A stretch of 64,000 nucleotides of DNA, taken from assembly GCF_048403405.1 (NCBI RefSeq), contig NZ_CP183129.1. One strand, 5' to 3'. A program made the position numbers and the translations under genes. The notes under the pieces were generated by a model. It searched no databases, was not told the DNA's origin, and saw only the letters and a list, made by a program, of their open reading frames with translations. Positions 31,448-43,821 of the stretch are shown piece by piece; position 1 is the stretch's first letter, and each line of letters opens with the position of its first letter. The stretch is from Escherichia coli (lineage in GTDB: Bacteria > Pseudomonadota > Gammaproteobacteria > Enterobacterales > Enterobacteriaceae).

Positions 31448-32314
31448 ATGGCAGCAAAGATTATTGACGGTAAAACGATTGCGCAGCAGGTGCGCTCTGA
31501 AGTTGCTCAAAAAGTTCAGGCGCGTATTGCAGCCGGACTGCGGGCACCAGGACTGGCCGTTGTGCTGGTGGGTAGTAACCCTGCATCGCAAATTTATGTC
31601 GCAAGCAAACGCAAGGCTTGTGAAGAAGTCGGGTTCGTCTCCCGCTCTTATGACCTCCCGGAAACCACCAGCGAAGCGGAGCTGCTGGAGCTTATCGATA
31701 CGCTGAATGCCGACAACACCATCGATGGCATTCTGGTTCAACTGCCGTTACCGGCGGGTATTGATAACGTCAAAGTGCTGGAACGAATTCACCCGGACAA
31801 AGACGTAGACGGTTTCCATCCTTATAACGTCGGTCGCCTGTGCCAGCGCGCGCCGCGTCTGCGTCCCTGCACCCCGCGCGGTATTGTCACGCTGCTTGAG
31901 CGTTACAACATTGATACCTTCGGCCTCAACGCCGTGGTGATTGGCGCATCGAATATCGTTGGCCGCCCGATGAGCATGGAACTGCTACTGGCAGGTTGCA
32001 CCACCACCGTGACTCACCGTTTCACTAAAAATCTGCGTCACCACGTAGAAAATGCCGATCTATTGATCGTTGCCGTCGGTAAGCCAGGCTTTATTCCCGG
32101 TGACTGGATCAAAGAAGGCGCAATTGTGATTGATGTCGGCATCAACCGTCTGGAAAATGGCAAAGTTGTGGGCGACGTCGTGTTTGAAGACGCGGCTAAA
32201 CGCGCCTCATACATTACGCCTGTTCCCGGCGGCGTTGGCCCGATGACGGTTGCCACGCTGATTGAAAACACGCTACAGGCGTGCGTTGAATATCATGATC
32301 CACAGGGTGAGTAA
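31448..32314 (+). CDS. folD: Bifunctional methylenetetrahydrofolate dehydrogenase/cyclohydrolase
   Basis: 288-aa [26 protein letters not shown]... Confidence 0.95.
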   Translation: MAAKIIDGKTIAQQVRSEVAQKVQARIAAGLRAPGLAVVLVGSNPASQIYVASKRKACEEVGFVSRSYDLPETTSEAELLELIDTLNADNTIDGILVQLPLPAGIDNVKVLERIHPDKDVDGFHPYNVGRLCQRAPRLRPCTPRGIVTLLERYNIDTFGLNAVVIGASNIVGRPMSMELLLAGCTTTVTHRFTKNLRHHVENADLLIVAVGKPGFIPGDWIKEGAIVIDVGINRLENGKVVGDVVFEDAAKRASYITPVPGGVGPMTVATLIENTLQACVEYHDPQGE

Positions 32315-32315
32315 C

Positions 32316-32528
32316 ATGGCGACATTTTCTTTAGGTAAACATCCGCACGTTGAGCTGTGCGACTTGCTGAAACTGGAAGGCTGGAGCGAAAGCGGCGCGC
32401 AGGCGAAAATCGCGATTGCCGAAGGCCAGGTGAAAGTCGACGGTGCGGTTGAAACGCGCAAACGCTGCAAAATCGTTGCCGGGCAGACAGTGAGTTTTGC
32501 CGGTCACAGCGTACAGGTTGTTGCCTGA
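32316..32528 (+). CDS. ybcJ: Ribosome-associated S4-domain protein YbcJ
   Basis: 70-aa protein from MATFSLGKHPHVELCDLLK; ATG immediately after folD stop. Confidence 0.85.
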   Translation: MATFSLGKHPHVELCDLLKLEGWSESGAQAKIAIAEGQVKVDGAVETRKRCKIVAGQTVSFAGHSVQVVA

Positions 32529-32635
32529 TCCCTTTCCCGGCCTGTAACAACAGGCCGGTTCTCTTTTCAGACTTTTGCCCTCTACGCCCCGTTCATCCAT
32601 GCTGATAGCATCGACATTTTGCCGAAGCGACCATC

Positions 32636-33157
32636 ATGCCAACCGTTATTACGCACGCCGCCGTTCCCCTTTGCATTGCTTTAGGGTTGGGTTCGAAAGT
32701 CATCCCTCCGCGCCTGTTATTTGCCGGAATCATCCTGGCGATGCTGCCCGATGCCGACGTCTTGTCGTTTAAATTTGGCGTTGCTTACGGCAATGTTTTT
32801 GGTCATCGCGGGTTTACCCATTCGCTGGTGTTTGCGTTTGTTGTCCCGCTGTTATGTGTGCTGATTGGACGCCGATGGTTCAGGGCTGGGCTGATTCGCT
32901 GCTGGCTGTTTTTAACCGTCTCGTTGCTATCGCACAGCTTGCTGGATTCGGTAACCACTGGCGGTAAGGGCGTTGGCTGGCTGTGGCCGTGGTCAGATGA
33001 ACGCTTTTTCGCTCCCTGGCAGGTGATTAAAGTCGCGCCGTTTGCATTGTCTCGTTACACCACGCCGTACGGACATCAGGTGATTATTTCTGAATTGATG
33101 TGGGTATGGTTGCCGGGGATGCTACTGATAGGAATGTTGTGGTGGCGCAGACGATAA
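32636..33157 (+). CDS. ybcI: Inner membrane protein YbcI (DUF457)
   Basis: 173-aa hydrophobic ORF; synteny. Confidence 0.85.
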   Translation: MPTVITHAAVPLCIALGLGSKVIPPRLLFAGIILAMLPDADVLSFKFGVAYGNVFGHRGFTHSLVFAFVVPLLCVLIGRRWFRAGLIRCWLFLTVSLLSHSLLDSVTTGGKGVGWLWPWSDERFFAPWQVIKVAPFALSRYTTPYGHQVIISELMWVWLPGMLLIGMLWWRRR

Positions 33158-33192
33158 CCGGATGCGAAAACTCGCATCCGGCAATAGCGCAA

Positions 33193-34578
33193 TTACTTAC
33201 GACGCCAGGTGGTCCCTTGCGGGCCATCTTCCAGCACGATCCCCATCTCGTTAAGACGGTCACGCGCCGCATCTGCCGCCGCCCAGTCTTTCGCTTTACG
33301 GGCATCCAGACGCTGTTGAATTAACGCTTCAATCTCAGCCACTTCGCTGTCGTCTGCCTGCGCGCCGCTTTGCAGGAACGCTTCCGGTTCTTGCTCCAGC
33401 AGGCCCAATACGGCGGAAAGTTTACGCAGATGAGACGCCATTGCATTCGCCGCTGCCATATCTTCTGCTTTCAGACGGTTCACTTCACGGGCCATATCAA
33501 ACAGCACGGAATAGGCTTCCGGGGTGTTGAAATCGTCGTCCATCGCTTCAATAAAGCGCGCTTCAAACGCTTCCCCACCCGCAGGCGCAACGGTTTTATC
33601 TGTGCCGCGCAGCGCAGTGTAGAGACGCTCCAGCGCCGCACGCGCCTGCTTCAGGTTCTCTTCGCTGTAGTTCAACTGGCTGCGATAGTGCCCCGACATC
33701 AGGAAGTAACGCACGGTTTCGGCATCGTAGTATTTCAGCACATCGCGCACGGTGAAGAAGTTACCCAGCGATTTGGACATCTTCTCGCGGTCAACCATTA
33801 CCATCCCGGAGTGCATCCAGTAGTTCACATACTGACCATCATGCGCACAGGTGGACTGAGCGATTTCGTTCTCGTGGTGCGGGAACATCAGGTCTGAACC
33901 GCCGCCGTGGATATCAAAGTGGTTACCCAGCTGCTTGCAGTTCATTGCCGAACATTCAATGTGCCAGCCAGGACGGCCCGCGCCCCACGGAGACGGCCAG
34001 CTCGGTTCGCCCTCTTTCGACATCTTCCACAGAACGAAATCCATCGGGTTGCGTTTGTCGTCGACCACGTCAACGCGCGCGCCTGCCTGCAGCTGGTCGA
34101 GATCCTGACGCGACAGCACGCCATATGTCGGATCGGTCGGGACGTCGAACATCACGTCGCCGTTGTCCGCCACATAAGCGTGACCTTTGGCGATCAGTTG
34201 TTCAGTGAGTTCAATAATTTCGGCGATATGGTGCGTCGCACGCGGCTCCATATCCGGGCGCAGAATGTTCAAAGCATCAAAATCTTTGTGCATTTCGGTG
34301 ATCATGCGATCCACCAGCGCCACAAAGCTTTCGCCATTTTCATTGGCGCGTTTGATGATTTTGTCGTCGATATCAGTAATGTTGCGCACATACTTCAGCT
34401 TATAGCCGAGGAAACGCAGATAGCGCGCGACCACGTCAAAGGCAACAAAGGTACGCCCGTGACCGATATGACAGAGATCGTAAACGGTGATTCCACACAC
34501 GTACATGCCGACTTCCCCGGCGTGAATAGGCTTAAATTCCTCTTTTTGGCGTGTCAGAGTATTGAAGATTTTTAGCAT
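33193..34578 (-). CDS. cysS: Cysteine--tRNA ligase
   Basis: 461-aa ORF with HIGH-type motif ([16 protein letters not shown]) and KMSKS. Confidence 0.95.
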   Translation of the reverse strand: MLKIFNTLTRQKEEFKPIHAGEVGMYVCGITVYDLCHIGHGRTFVAFDVVARYLRFLGYKLKYVRNITDIDDKIIKRANENGESFVALVDRMITEMHKDFDALNILRPDMEPRATHHIAEIIELTEQLIAKGHAYVADNGDVMFDVPTDPTYGVLSRQDLDQLQAGARVDVVDDKRNPMDFVLWKMSKEGEPSWPSPWGAGRPGWHIECSAMNCKQLGNHFDIHGGGSDLMFPHHENEIAQSTCAHDGQYVNYWMHSGMVMVDREKMSKSLGNFFTVRDVLKYYDAETVRYFLMSGHYRSQLNYSEENLKQARAALERLYTALRGTDKTVAPAGGEAFEARFIEAMDDDFNTPEAYSVLFDMAREVNRLKAEDMAAANAMASHLRKLSAVLGLLEQEPEAFLQSGAQADDSEVAEIEALIQQRLDARKAKDWAAADAARDRLNEMGIVLEDGPQGTTWRRK

Positions 34579-34751
34579 CGAAGATTCCGTTTAGACATGT
34601 GTGGGTAATTGAGTTGCGTATAATACCCATATTTCCCGCGCGAATCAGCATACATTGCGAGATGATCCGATCGTGCGGTTATGCTATAACACCACCCTAT
34701 ATATGACCCGAACCGGGTTGAAGCACCAATCAAACGGAACAGGATGCAAAA

Positions 34752-35246
34752 ATGGTTACTTTCCACACCAATCACGGCGATATTGTCATCAAAACTTTTG
34801 ACGATAAAGCACCTGAAACAGTTAAAAACTTCCTGGACTACTGCCGCGAAGGTTTTTACAACAACACCATTTTCCACCGTGTTATCAACGGCTTTATGAT
34901 TCAGGGCGGCGGTTTTGAACCGGGCATGAAACAAAAAGCCACCAAAGAACCGATCAAAAACGAAGCCAACAACGGTCTGAAAAATACCCGTGGTACACTG
35001 GCAATGGCCCGTACTCAGGCACCGCACTCTGCAACTGCACAGTTCTTCATCAACGTGGTTGATAACGACTTCCTGAACTTCTCTGGCGAAAGCCTGCAAG
35101 GTTGGGGTTACTGCGTGTTTGCTGAAGTGGTTGAAGGCATGGACGTGGTAGACAAAATCAAAGGTGTTGCAACCGGTCGTAGCGGTATGCACCAGGACGT
35201 GCCAAAAGAAGACGTTATCATTGAAAGCGTGACCGTTAGCGAGTAA
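34752..35246 (+). CDS. ppiB: Peptidyl-prolyl cis-trans isomerase B
   Basis: 164-aa cyclophilin-type ORF. Confidence 0.95.
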   Translation: MVTFHTNHGDIVIKTFDDKAPETVKNFLDYCREGFYNNTIFHRVINGFMIQGGGFEPGMKQKATKEPIKNEANNGLKNTRGTLAMARTQAPHSATAQFFINVVDNDFLNFSGESLQGWGYCVFAEVVEGMDVVDKIKGVATGRSGMHQDVPKEDVIIESVTVSE

Positions 35247-35248
35247 TC

Positions 35249-35971
35249 GTGGCGACACTCTTTATTGCAGATCTTCATCTCTGCGCGGAAGAACCGGCGA
35301 TCACCGCCGGTTTTCTGCGTTTTTTAGCGGGGGAAGCCCGCAAGGCCGACGCGCTGTATATTCTTGGCGATCTGTTTGAAGCGTGGATTGGCGACGACGA
35401 TCCCAACCCACTCCATCGCCAGATGGCGGCAGCGATCAAAGCGGTGTCCGATTCCGGCGTTCCCTGTTATTTCATTCATGGCAACCGTGATTTTCTGCTC
35501 GGCAAACGCTTTGCCCGTGAAAGCGGCATGACGTTATTGCCGGAAGAAAAGGTGCTCGAACTGTATGGTCGCCGGGTGTTGATTATGCATGGCGACACGC
35601 TGTGCACCGATGACGCCGGTTATCAGGCTTTTCGCGCCAAAGTCCACAAACCCTGGCTGCAAACGCTATTCCTCGCCCTGCCGTTGTTTGTGCGCAAACG
35701 CATTGCCGCGCGAATGCGAGCGAACAGCAAAGAAGCCAACAGCAGTAAATCGCTGGCGATCATGGACGTTAACCAAAACGCGGTGGTCAGTGCGATGGAA
35801 AAACATCAGGTGCAATGGCTGATCCACGGGCATACCCATCGCCCGGCGGTGCATGAACTTATCGCCAATCAGCAACCTGCTTTTCGCGTGGTACTCGGTG
35901 CCTGGCATACGGAAGGTTCAATGGTGAAAGTCACGGCAGATGACGTTGAGCTGATTCATTTTCCGTTTTAA
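35249..35971 (+). CDS. lpxH: UDP-2,3-diacylglucosamine hydrolase
   Basis: 240-aa ORF with metallophosphoesterase motifs; synteny. Confidence 0.9.
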   Translation: MATLFIADLHLCAEEPAITAGFLRFLAGEARKADALYILGDLFEAWIGDDDPNPLHRQMAAAIKAVSDSGVPCYFIHGNRDFLLGKRFARESGMTLLPEEKVLELYGRRVLIMHGDTLCTDDAGYQAFRAKVHKPWLQTLFLALPLFVRKRIAARMRANSKEANSSKSLAIMDVNQNAVVSAMEKHQVQWLIHGHTHRPAVHELIANQQPAFRVVLGAWHTEGSMVKVTADDVELIHFPF

Positions 35972-36087
35972 ATACCCGCAACTTTGCTGATTTCACAGCC
36001 ACGCAACCGTTTTCCTTGCTCTCTTTCCGTGCTATTCTCTGTGCCCTCTAAAGCCGAGAGTTGTGCACCACAGGAGTTTTAAGACGC

Positions 36088-36597
36088 ATGTCTTCCCGCA
36101 ATAATCCGGCGCGTGTCGCCATCGTGATGGGGTCCAAAAGCGACTGGGCTACCATGCAGTTCGCCGCCGAAATCTTCGAAATCCTGAATGTCCCACACCA
36201 CGTTGAAGTGGTTTCTGCTCACCGCACCCCCGATAAACTGTTCAGCTTCGCCGAAAGTGCCGAAGAAAACGGTTATCAGGTGATTATTGCGGGCGCAGGC
36301 GGCGCAGCGCACCTGCCTGGCATGATTGCCGCCAAAACGCTGGTGCCAGTGCTGGGCGTGCCAGTACAGAGCGCCGCACTGAGCGGTGTCGATAGCCTCT
36401 ACTCCATCGTACAAATGCCGCGTGGCATTCCGGTGGGTACGCTGGCGATTGGTAAAGCTGGCGCGGCAAACGCGGCGTTACTGGCAGCACAAATTCTTGC
36501 AACTCATGATAAAGAGCTACACCAGCGTCTGAATGACTGGCGCAAAGCCCAGACTGACGAAGTGCTGGAAAACCCGGACCCGCGAGGTGCGGCATGA
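36088..36597 (+). CDS. purE: N5-carboxyaminoimidazole ribonucleotide mutase
   Basis: 169-aa protein from [20 protein letters not shown] within ORF 36061-36597. Confidence 0.95.
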   Translation: MSSRNNPARVAIVMGSKSDWATMQFAAEIFEILNVPHHVEVVSAHRTPDKLFSFAESAEENGYQVIIAGAGGAAHLPGMIAAKTLVPVLGVPVQSAALSGVDSLYSIVQMPRGIPVGTLAIGKAGAANAALLAAQILATHDKELHQRLNDWRKAQTDEVLENPDPRGAA

Positions 36598-37661
36598 AAC
36601 AGGTTTGCGTCCTCGGTAACGGGCAGTTAGGCCGTATGCTGCGTCAGGCAGGCGAACCGTTAGGCATTGCTGTCTGGCCGGTCGGGCTGGACGCTGAACC
36701 GGCGGCGGTGCCTTTTCAACAAAGCGTGATTACCGCTGAGATCGAGCGCTGGCCGGAAACCGCATTAACCCGCGAGCTGGCGCGCCATCCGGCCTTTGTG
36801 AACCGCGATGTATTCCCGATTATTGCTGACCGTCTGACTCAGAAGCAGCTTTTCGACAAGCTTCACCTACCGACCGCACCGTGGCAGTTACTTGCCGATC
36901 GCAGCGAGTGGCCTGCGGTGTTTGATCGTTTAGGTGAGCTGGCGATTGTTAAGCGTCGCACTGGTGGCTATGACGGTCGCGGTCAATGGCGTTTACGCGC
37001 CGATGAAACCGAACAGTTACCGGCTGAATGCTACGGCGAATGTATTGTCGAGCAGGGCATTAACTTCTCTGGCGAAGTGTCGCTGGTTGGCGCGCGCGGC
37101 TTTGATGGCAACACCGTGTTTTATCCGCTGACGCATAACCTGCATCAGGACGGTATTTTGCGCACCAGCGTCGCTTTCCCGCAGGCCAACGCACAGCAAC
37201 AAACACAAGCCGAAGAGATGTTGTCGGCGATTATGCAGGAACTGGGCTATGTGGGCGTGATGGCGATGGAGTGTTTTGTCACCCCGCAAGGTCTGTTGAT
37301 CAACGAACTGGCTCCTCGTGTGCATAACAGCGGTCACTGGACACAAAACGGTGCCAGCATCAGCCAGTTTGAGCTGCATCTGCGGGCGATTATCGATCTG
37401 CCGTTACCGCAACCGGTAGTGAATAGTCCGTCGGTGATGATCAACCTGATTGGTAGCGATGTGAATTATGACTGGCTGAAACTGCCGCTGGTGCATCTGC
37501 ACTGGTACGACAAAGAAGTCCGTCCGGGGCGTAAAGTGGGTCATCTGAATTTGACCGACAGCGACACATCGCGTCTGACCGCGACGCTGGAAGCCTTAAT
37601 TCCGCTGCTGCCGCCGGAGTATGCCAGCGGCGTGATGTGGGCGCAGAGTAAGTTCAGTTAA
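36594..37661 (+). CDS. purK: N5-carboxyaminoimidazole ribonucleotide synthase
   Basis: 355-aa ATP-grasp ORF overlapping purE stop by 4 nt. Confidence 0.95.
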   Translation: MKQVCVLGNGQLGRMLRQAGEPLGIAVWPVGLDAEPAAVPFQQSVITAEIERWPETALTRELARHPAFVNRDVFPIIADRLTQKQLFDKLHLPTAPWQLLADRSEWPAVFDRLGELAIVKRRTGGYDGRGQWRLRADETEQLPAECYGECIVEQGINFSGEVSLVGARGFDGNTVFYPLTHNLHQDGILRTSVAFPQANAQQQTQAEEMLSAIMQELGYVGVMAMECFVTPQGLLINELAPRVHNSGHWTQNGASISQFELHLRAIIDLPLPQPVVNSPSVMINLIGSDVNYDWLKLPLVHLHWYDKEVRPGRKVGHLNLTDSDTSRLTATLEALIPLLPPEYASGVMWAQSKFS

Positions 37662-37675
37662 CCTGGTGCTCATTT

Positions 37676-37762
37676 GATTGCCGGATGCGGCGTGAACGCC
37701 TTATCCGACCTGTGGAAACAGTGATATTTCCAGGTCGGATAATCAGCATCGCATCAGGCACA
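37676..37762. repeat. REP/BIME-type extragenic palindromic repeats
   Basis: gccggatgcggcgtgaacgccttatccgacc and an inverted partner aggtcggataa...gcatcgcatcaggc between convergent purK and ybcF. Confidence 0.6.
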
Positions 37763-37780
37763 AATACCGAATGCCTACGA

Positions 37781-38674
37781 CTACAGCGAAATACAGGTCC
37801 CCGCTTCGCCCGCCAGCGTCTCTTCAATCCGCGATAACGCCCCAATCCACGCAGGTTTACCACGGCTTCTGACATAGCCACTCACCGCAGTCACCTTCGG
37901 CCCCATCGAACCATCGGCTTTGGCAAATGGCGCTAACTCATCCGGTGTGGCATGGCGAATGGCACGTTGCTGCGGCGTTCCCCAGTTTTCATATACCGCA
38001 TCAGCATCGGTGAGGATCACCAGTCCATCGGCATTAATCTGCTCGGCAAGCAACGCAGCGGCGAGATCTTTATCAATCACCGCTTCACTCCCTGCTCCGT
38101 CATCCGTCACCGGCACACCGCCGCCGCCACTGCAAATTACCACATGCCCCTCTTTGAGCAACAACTCAATGGCTTCGCTGTCGAGAATTTTACGCGGTTG
38201 CGGAGACGCCACCACCCGGCGTAAATATTTACCATCACGTTTCATCTGCCAGCCATAAGCCGCTTCCAGTGCCTCTTGTTCTTCTGGCTGATAAACCGGA
38301 CCGATAAACTTCTCTGGCTGCAAAAACGCCGGATCATCAGGCGAAACTTCAATGCGCGTCAGCACCGTCGTGACAGGCGGCATCTGCGGCTGTGCGCCCA
38401 AACTCTGCGCCAGCATATAGCCAATCATCCCCTGGCTTTCCGCAACCAGCACATCCAGCGGATACGGTTCTACCTCTTTCCACGCCAGATTCTGCAATGC
38501 CAGCAGCCCCACCTGCGGCCCGTTGCCGTGAACAATCGCCAGCCGATAAGAACGGGCCTGGCGCGCCAGCGCGGGTACAGCACTGGCGATATTGCGATAT
38601 TGATTTTCTGCCGTCAGCGCCTCACCGCGCTGGAGTAAGGCGTTGCCCCCAAGAGCCACAACCAGTGTTTTCAT
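37781..38674 (-). CDS. ybcF: Carbamate kinase-like protein YbcF
   Basis: 297-aa [21 protein letters not shown]..., amino-acid kinase fold. Confidence 0.85.
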   Translation of the reverse strand: MKTLVVALGGNALLQRGEALTAENQYRNIASAVPALARQARSYRLAIVHGNGPQVGLLALQNLAWKEVEPYPLDVLVAESQGMIGYMLAQSLGAQPQMPPVTTVLTRIEVSPDDPAFLQPEKFIGPVYQPEEQEALEAAYGWQMKRDGKYLRRVVASPQPRKILDSEAIELLLKEGHVVICSGGGGVPVTDDGAGSEAVIDKDLAAALLAEQINADGLVILTDADAVYENWGTPQQRAIRHATPDELAPFAKADGSMGPKVTAVSGYVRSRGKPAWIGALSRIEETLAGEAGTCISL

Positions 38675-39486
38675 GGTTTTCCTTGTAATAATTGTTGGCC
38701 AAGCCAGAACCCCAGCAGCGTATCTGCCCCTGACGTATGCCCCAGCGCCAGCAGCGAATCAATCGCAACAGCGGTACGTTTCGGGCAACTCAGAGCATGA
38801 ACAAAGTGCAGGAGTGGCGAGGCGAAATATCCTTGCGCGGCATAACGTAAATAACTGACGCTCACCGCTGTGGTAACGAGTTGAAGATTGTCGGAACAGG
38901 CAAAAAACGGGCGACCGGAGCGCGCATCTAAAGCGCCATAATACCAGGCCGCCAGCAGCATTCCGCTCAGCGTGTCATCATGACTTGGCGTTAATCCGGG
39001 GCCTTTACCCAACCAGTGCCGCCAGTCGGTCTTAACGCCATTGAGCGCGGCCTGAAAACAGTGACGAAACTGGCGTAATTCAGCAGGCAGCGGATCGCTT
39101 GCCGCCAATGCCAGTGGCCCGAAAAGCCCGGTTTCCTCCGCGCGTTGCATCCATGCAACGGCAAGCGGTTGAGGATGCGCAGGCGGCGTAATACGCAGCA
39201 AACAATAACGCTGTGGCTGTTTAACCGTGAAACGCCCGAGGCGAATCCCTTGTGCCACAACCTGTGGTCGTTCATTGCCGCATAATCCACCGCATAACGC
39301 ATCGAATTGCGCGCGGCGAAGCACCCATCCTCCGGGGCCGAAACCACTACCCTGACGATGCAGTGTTAACAATTCACCGCTTTCCGTCATCAGGTTAATC
39401 GCCCGCCGCCACACGCCCGCTAACCGCCAGGACTGGCGATAATTCGGTGCACTACGGCTGGCAAGCAGAGGATGGATGATCGTCAT
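38671..39486 (-). CDS. ylbF: DUF2877 protein YlbF
   Basis: 271-aa protein from [10 protein letters not shown] within longer ORF 38671-39579. Confidence 0.8.
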   Translation of the reverse strand: MTIIHPLLASRSAPNYRQSWRLAGVWRRAINLMTESGELLTLHRQGSGFGPGGWVLRRAQFDALCGGLCGNERPQVVAQGIRLGRFTVKQPQRYCLLRITPPAHPQPLAVAWMQRAEETGLFGPLALAASDPLPAELRQFRHCFQAALNGVKTDWRHWLGKGPGLTPSHDDTLSGMLLAAWYYGALDARSGRPFFACSDNLQLVTTAVSVSYLRYAAQGYFASPLLHFVHALSCPKRTAVAIDSLLALGHTSGADTLLGFWLGQQLLQGKP

Positions 39487-39496
39487 TGTGCGTTCC

Positions 39497-40756
39497 TCAA
39501 CCAATCCCCATGCTTTCAGCCAGTGCTTCCAGCGCCTGTTCAAAGCACGCCAGCGGTGCCCGCACAGTGCCTGCGCCAATCTGCCCGATCCCCGCCTCTT
39601 TATGGGCGATACCGGTATTGATGAGTGGCGTAATGCCGGTTTCTACCACGCGACGAATATCCAGCCCCAGGCACGCGCCCTGAAAATCCCAGCCGGGGAT
39701 CTGCAACTGCATATTGCGTTCAAGGAAGATTTCCGCCATCTCTTCAGATACCGCTCTGGCCGCTTCCATGCCACCCGCACCGACAAAGCGCGTTACGCCA
39801 GGCGCTGCGATCATCGCCGCACCTCCGATACCAAAGGTTTCGGTAATTGCGCTATCGCCCATATCCGGGTTCGCCTGCTCCTGCGAGAAACCGGTGAAAA
39901 ACAGACCTTGGGGAGTGTTTACAGGCGCAGTAAACCAGCGTTCGCCCAGCCCGCTGACCCGAATCCCGAACATATTGCCGTTGCGGGTCATAGCCGTGAC
40001 GATGCTGCCTGCGCGGATCATCGCACCAGCATCCATCGCCGCCTTGCAGTAAGCCATCGCGAGGTTGAGGAAGAACTGATCGGTCACGCTGAGGAAATCC
40101 ATCACTTCCGCGATGTGCTGTTTATCATGATCGAGGCGAGCAATTTGTGGGGCCAGCGCACGCATTAACAGTGCTGAGGAAGCAATATTGCGTTGATGGA
40201 ACTCATCGCCCATGGTAATGCCCTGCGCCATCATCGCGGTAAGATCGATACCGTGCTCCATGCGCCCCAGCGCCGCGCTTAATACTGGCATTAACACATC
40301 GCGCATCCAGCGATGGCGAGTCAGGACATCTTCGCCGTAAGCGCCAAAACGCATCACTTTGCCGATACCTTCGTTGAGGTTGCAGTACGCCCGGTTGCCG
40401 TCGGTCACGTTCTCGACCACCAGCATCGGCATACTGGCAGAAGTAATGCCACCCATTGGCCCGACGGCATTTACATGGTGACAAGGAATGAAGTTCACTT
40501 CCCCCTGCTCCAGCATTGCCAGCGCCTGCGCTTCATCTTTCGCCCAGCCTTCGAACAGACATGCGCCCACGCACGCCCCTTTCATGGGTCCGGTCATCTC
40601 CTGCCAGCGCATTGGCGGCCCGGCGTGAAGCAGTGTTTTGCCCTCGTTTAGTTCGCTGATAAGTGAAGAAGCCGGTTGCACATCCAGCCAGTGTGGACGA
40701 GCACGACGAATTTGTTCGATAACCGCAGCATTGGCTTGCGCCACTGATGTAAACAT
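39497..40756 (-). CDS. ylbE: DUF1116 protein YlbE (intact)
   Basis: 419-aa uninterrupted ORF. Confidence 0.8.
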   Translation of the reverse strand: MFTSVAQANAAVIEQIRRARPHWLDVQPASSLISELNEGKTLLHAGPPMRWQEMTGPMKGACVGACLFEGWAKDEAQALAMLEQGEVNFIPCHHVNAVGPMGGITSASMPMLVVENVTDGNRAYCNLNEGIGKVMRFGAYGEDVLTRHRWMRDVLMPVLSAALGRMEHGIDLTAMMAQGITMGDEFHQRNIASSALLMRALAPQIARLDHDKQHIAEVMDFLSVTDQFFLNLAMAYCKAAMDAGAMIRAGSIVTAMTRNGNMFGIRVSGLGERWFTAPVNTPQGLFFTGFSQEQANPDMGDSAITETFGIGGAAMIAAPGVTRFVGAGGMEAARAVSEEMAEIFLERNMQLQIPGWDFQGACLGLDIRRVVETGITPLINTGIAHKEAGIGQIGAGTVRAPLACFEQALEALAESMGIG

Positions 40757-40765
40757 GGGAACCCC

Positions 40766-42433
40766 TTATTGCAAACGTTCTAATAAACGAGCCAGTTTTT
40801 TATTGCCGCCGGCGACTGGCGACCATTGGTAATGCACAACCGGTTTGCTGGCGCTTTGTAGCGCCAGCGCAAAGCTGCGTAATCCGATGTTAATCACGGC
40901 GACGTTTTCCAGTAATGACGGTGTGTGTTGCTGTGTGGCAGGCGAGAGCGGATGAATTAACGCTGCCGCCAGCAAGGTGGCTTCCGGCAGCGAACTCACG
41001 ACCGCGATCCCCGCATCTTCCAGCGTGGCGATTTGTTGCGAGCGGCATTGCGGGTCACGTTCGGTGCCTGTCACCGTGGCAATGGCATACAGTGGTTGAT
41101 TGTCTGGACGCGCGGCACAGGCTTTTTGCCAGGCGCTCACCAGCGAGGCGGCAGGATCGGCAGTCGCACCGAAGCCAATCACGACATCAAGCAGCAACAC
41201 GCGCACTTGCGGTTTAGCGCCGAGATCGGCAATTAACAGGTTGCGTAAGGTCGGGTCGATCATCGGATGGGGACGCCCGACGGTGTAAAAATCATCGCCC
41301 AGGTCGAGGATCTGATGTCCGTCGGCGTCGAGCATCATGCCATGTTGATGGGTATCGTCGGCTTCCACGCCAAGGTGTCCGGCAAGTAATCCCGCCGCTT
41401 CAGCAGCCAGCGTACCGCCGGTATACAAACCGCAAATAAATCCGCTGCTGACAGGTGCTATTGCGTTACGTCGCGCCGTGACGCGTGAAAGCAGGCAAGC
41501 CAGGCGTGCGGCCTCATCAAGCGAGGAGGCAAACCAGACATTCTCGTCGCGGGCCACCGCCGGGGTATAACCTAAAAACAGCGCCACCGTCGGTTTGCCA
41601 GTTGCTTTCATGGCATTAACAATTTTCAGACGCACAGCTTCGGCAGGTGGTTTTGAAACAAATGCCAGCACTTCGCTTTTCGCGTCGGCGCTTAACATTT
41701 CCAGCGCCGTTAGCGCACTGATGCCGCCCACTTCACGGCTGAGGTCGCGCCCGCCAAGACCAATCGCGTGAGTAATTCCCTCCTCTGCCAGCGCAATCTG
41801 TGAGCACAGCTCCTGAATCCCGGTACCGGAAGCGCCAATGACGCCAATGTTGCCTTCCGGCATCACGTTAGCAAAAGCCAGCGGCGTGGCGGCAATCATC
41901 GACGTACCGCAGTCCGGCCCCATCACCAGCAAGCCTTTATCGCGTGCGCGGGTTTTGAGTTGGATTTCATCTTCCAGCGTGACGTTATCGGAGAACATCA
42001 TCACGTTGAGGTTGCGATCCAGCGCCTGATTAGCCAGCTCCGCCGCATACTCGCCAGCCACTGAAATCAGCGCCAGACTGGCATCGGGTAATTTCTGACA
42101 GGCACTGTCCCAGCGACGCACCTGCGTCAACGCCTGGCTGCTGCCTGAACCCTGCGCCAGTTGTTTTAGCGCCTCTTCAAGCTGTTGCATAATCGCCTGC
42201 GCGATCCCCGCATCCGCCGCTTCGCTACGAATTGCCACGCAAATATCGTTCGGCGTGGCGTTATTAAAATCGTCATGCCAGAAACCTGTCGTCTCTAATA
42301 ACGCTTTATTGGCGGGCGTACCCATCATTACAGAAACATCATCAACATTTTCTGATTCGCTTAGTTTTCGTGAAATAATCATTAAACTGACCGAATCCTG
42401 AAAACACCCTTTTTTAATAAAGGCGTGGATCAT
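40766..42433 (-). CDS. fdrA: FdrA, CoA-binding/succinyl-CoA synthetase-like protein
   Basis: 555-aa ORF; synteny. Confidence 0.85.
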   Translation of the reverse strand: MIHAFIKKGCFQDSVSLMIISRKLSESENVDDVSVMMGTPANKALLETTGFWHDDFNNATPNDICVAIRSEAADAGIAQAIMQQLEEALKQLAQGSGSSQALTQVRRWDSACQKLPDASLALISVAGEYAAELANQALDRNLNVMMFSDNVTLEDEIQLKTRARDKGLLVMGPDCGTSMIAATPLAFANVMPEGNIGVIGASGTGIQELCSQIALAEEGITHAIGLGGRDLSREVGGISALTALEMLSADAKSEVLAFVSKPPAEAVRLKIVNAMKATGKPTVALFLGYTPAVARDENVWFASSLDEAARLACLLSRVTARRNAIAPVSSGFICGLYTGGTLAAEAAGLLAGHLGVEADDTHQHGMMLDADGHQILDLGDDFYTVGRPHPMIDPTLRNLLIADLGAKPQVRVLLLDVVIGFGATADPAASLVSAWQKACAARPDNQPLYAIATVTGTERDPQCRSQQIATLEDAGIAVVSSLPEATLLAAALIHPLSPATQQHTPSLLENVAVINIGLRSFALALQSASKPVVHYQWSPVAGGNKKLARLLERLQ

Positions 42434-42750
42434 AACAACTCCTTAAAAATTGCACCCATGGCAATTGCACGAGCAGTGTTAATGTGGCGATTACGGTATC
42501 GATGACAACGAGTAAATAAGGTGATGAATATCACACAGGGATTATTAACAAAAGAATTCAAATAACCGCCAGGCTATTACGTGTTATTTTTTTAATAAGC
42601 GTGGTTGTTTTAAAAACCAGGTTAAAAGCGAGCGGATTATCAAATAAATTCTAACTATATTTTTTTGCCTGTCTGGATCACATAATCCAGATATTTTCCC
42701 TGTATGTTAATTGCAGTCATGCTTCACACCGTCGTTAAAAAGGAAGACAG

Positions 42751-43800
42751 ATGAAAATCAGTCGGGAAACACTCCACCAGCTAATCGAGAATAAACTCTG
42801 CCAGGCTGGGTTAAAACGTGAGCACGCTGCAACCGTGGCTGAAGTATTGGTTTACGCCGATGCCAGAGGGATCCACTCTCATGGCGCGGTGCGCGTGGAA
42901 TACTACGCGGAACGCATTTCAAAAGGCGGCACCAACCGCGAACCGGAGTTTCGTCTTGAGGAAACCGGGCCGTGTTCGGCAATTTTACATGCCGACAATG
43001 CTGCCGGACAGGTCGCGGCGAAAATGGGTATGGAACATGCCATCAAAACCGCCCAGCAAAAAGGCGTTGCGGTGGTCGGTATCAGCCGGATGGGTCACAG
43101 CGGCGCAATCTCTTATTTTGTACAGCAGGCAGCTCGCGCCGGGTTAATTGGCATTTCGATGTGCCAGTCCGATCCAATGGTGGTGCCGTTTGGCGGCGCG
43201 GAAATTTACTACGGTACTAACCCACTGGCCTTTGCCGCGCCGGGAGAAGGCGACGAGATCCTTACCTTTGATATGGCGACTACCGTACAGGCATGGGGAA
43301 AAGTGCTCGACGCCCGCTCGCGTAATATGTCTATCCCGGATACCTGGGCGGTCGATAAAAACGGAGCACCAACAACCGATCCATTTGCAGTTAACGCCCT
43401 GCTCCCTGCCGCCGGACCGAAAGGGTATGGCCTGATGATGATGATTGACGTCCTCTCAGGCGTCTTACTCGGCTTACCGTTCGGGCGACAGGTTAGTTCG
43501 ATGTATGACGATTTACACGCCGGGCGTAATTTGGGGCAATTACATATCGTTATTAACCCGAACTTTTTCTCCTCCAGCGAACTATTCCGTCAACATCTTA
43601 GCCAGACCATGCGCGAATTAAATGCCATAACCCCCGCGCCCGGTTTTAACCAGGTTTATTATCCCGGACAGGATCAGGATATTAAACAACGCAAAGCCGC
43701 CGTCGAAGGCATCGAAATTGTTGATGATATTTACCAGTATTTAATTTCTGACGCGCTTTATAACACGTCATACGAAACGAAAAATCCCTTTGCGCAATAA
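42751..43800 (+). CDS. allD: Ureidoglycolate dehydrogenase
   Basis: 349-aa ORF MKISRETLHQLIENKL...; Ldh_2 family. Confidence 0.9.
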   Translation: MKISRETLHQLIENKLCQAGLKREHAATVAEVLVYADARGIHSHGAVRVEYYAERISKGGTNREPEFRLEETGPCSAILHADNAAGQVAAKMGMEHAIKTAQQKGVAVVGISRMGHSGAISYFVQQAARAGLIGISMCQSDPMVVPFGGAEIYYGTNPLAFAAPGEGDEILTFDMATTVQAWGKVLDARSRNMSIPDTWAVDKNGAPTTDPFAVNALLPAAGPKGYGLMMMIDVLSGVLLGLPFGRQVSSMYDDLHAGRNLGQLHIVINPNFFSSSELFRQHLSQTMRELNAITPAPGFNQVYYPGQDQDIKQRKAAVEGIEIVDDIYQYLISDALYNTSYETKNPFAQ

Positions 43801-43821
43801 TTATTGAGACAGGACTTTCTT

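Noticed and set aside
33370-34575. Antisense ORFs of 175 and 222 aa opposite cysS
   Set aside because: Fully contained within cysS on the opposite strand; no RBS; shadow ORFs.
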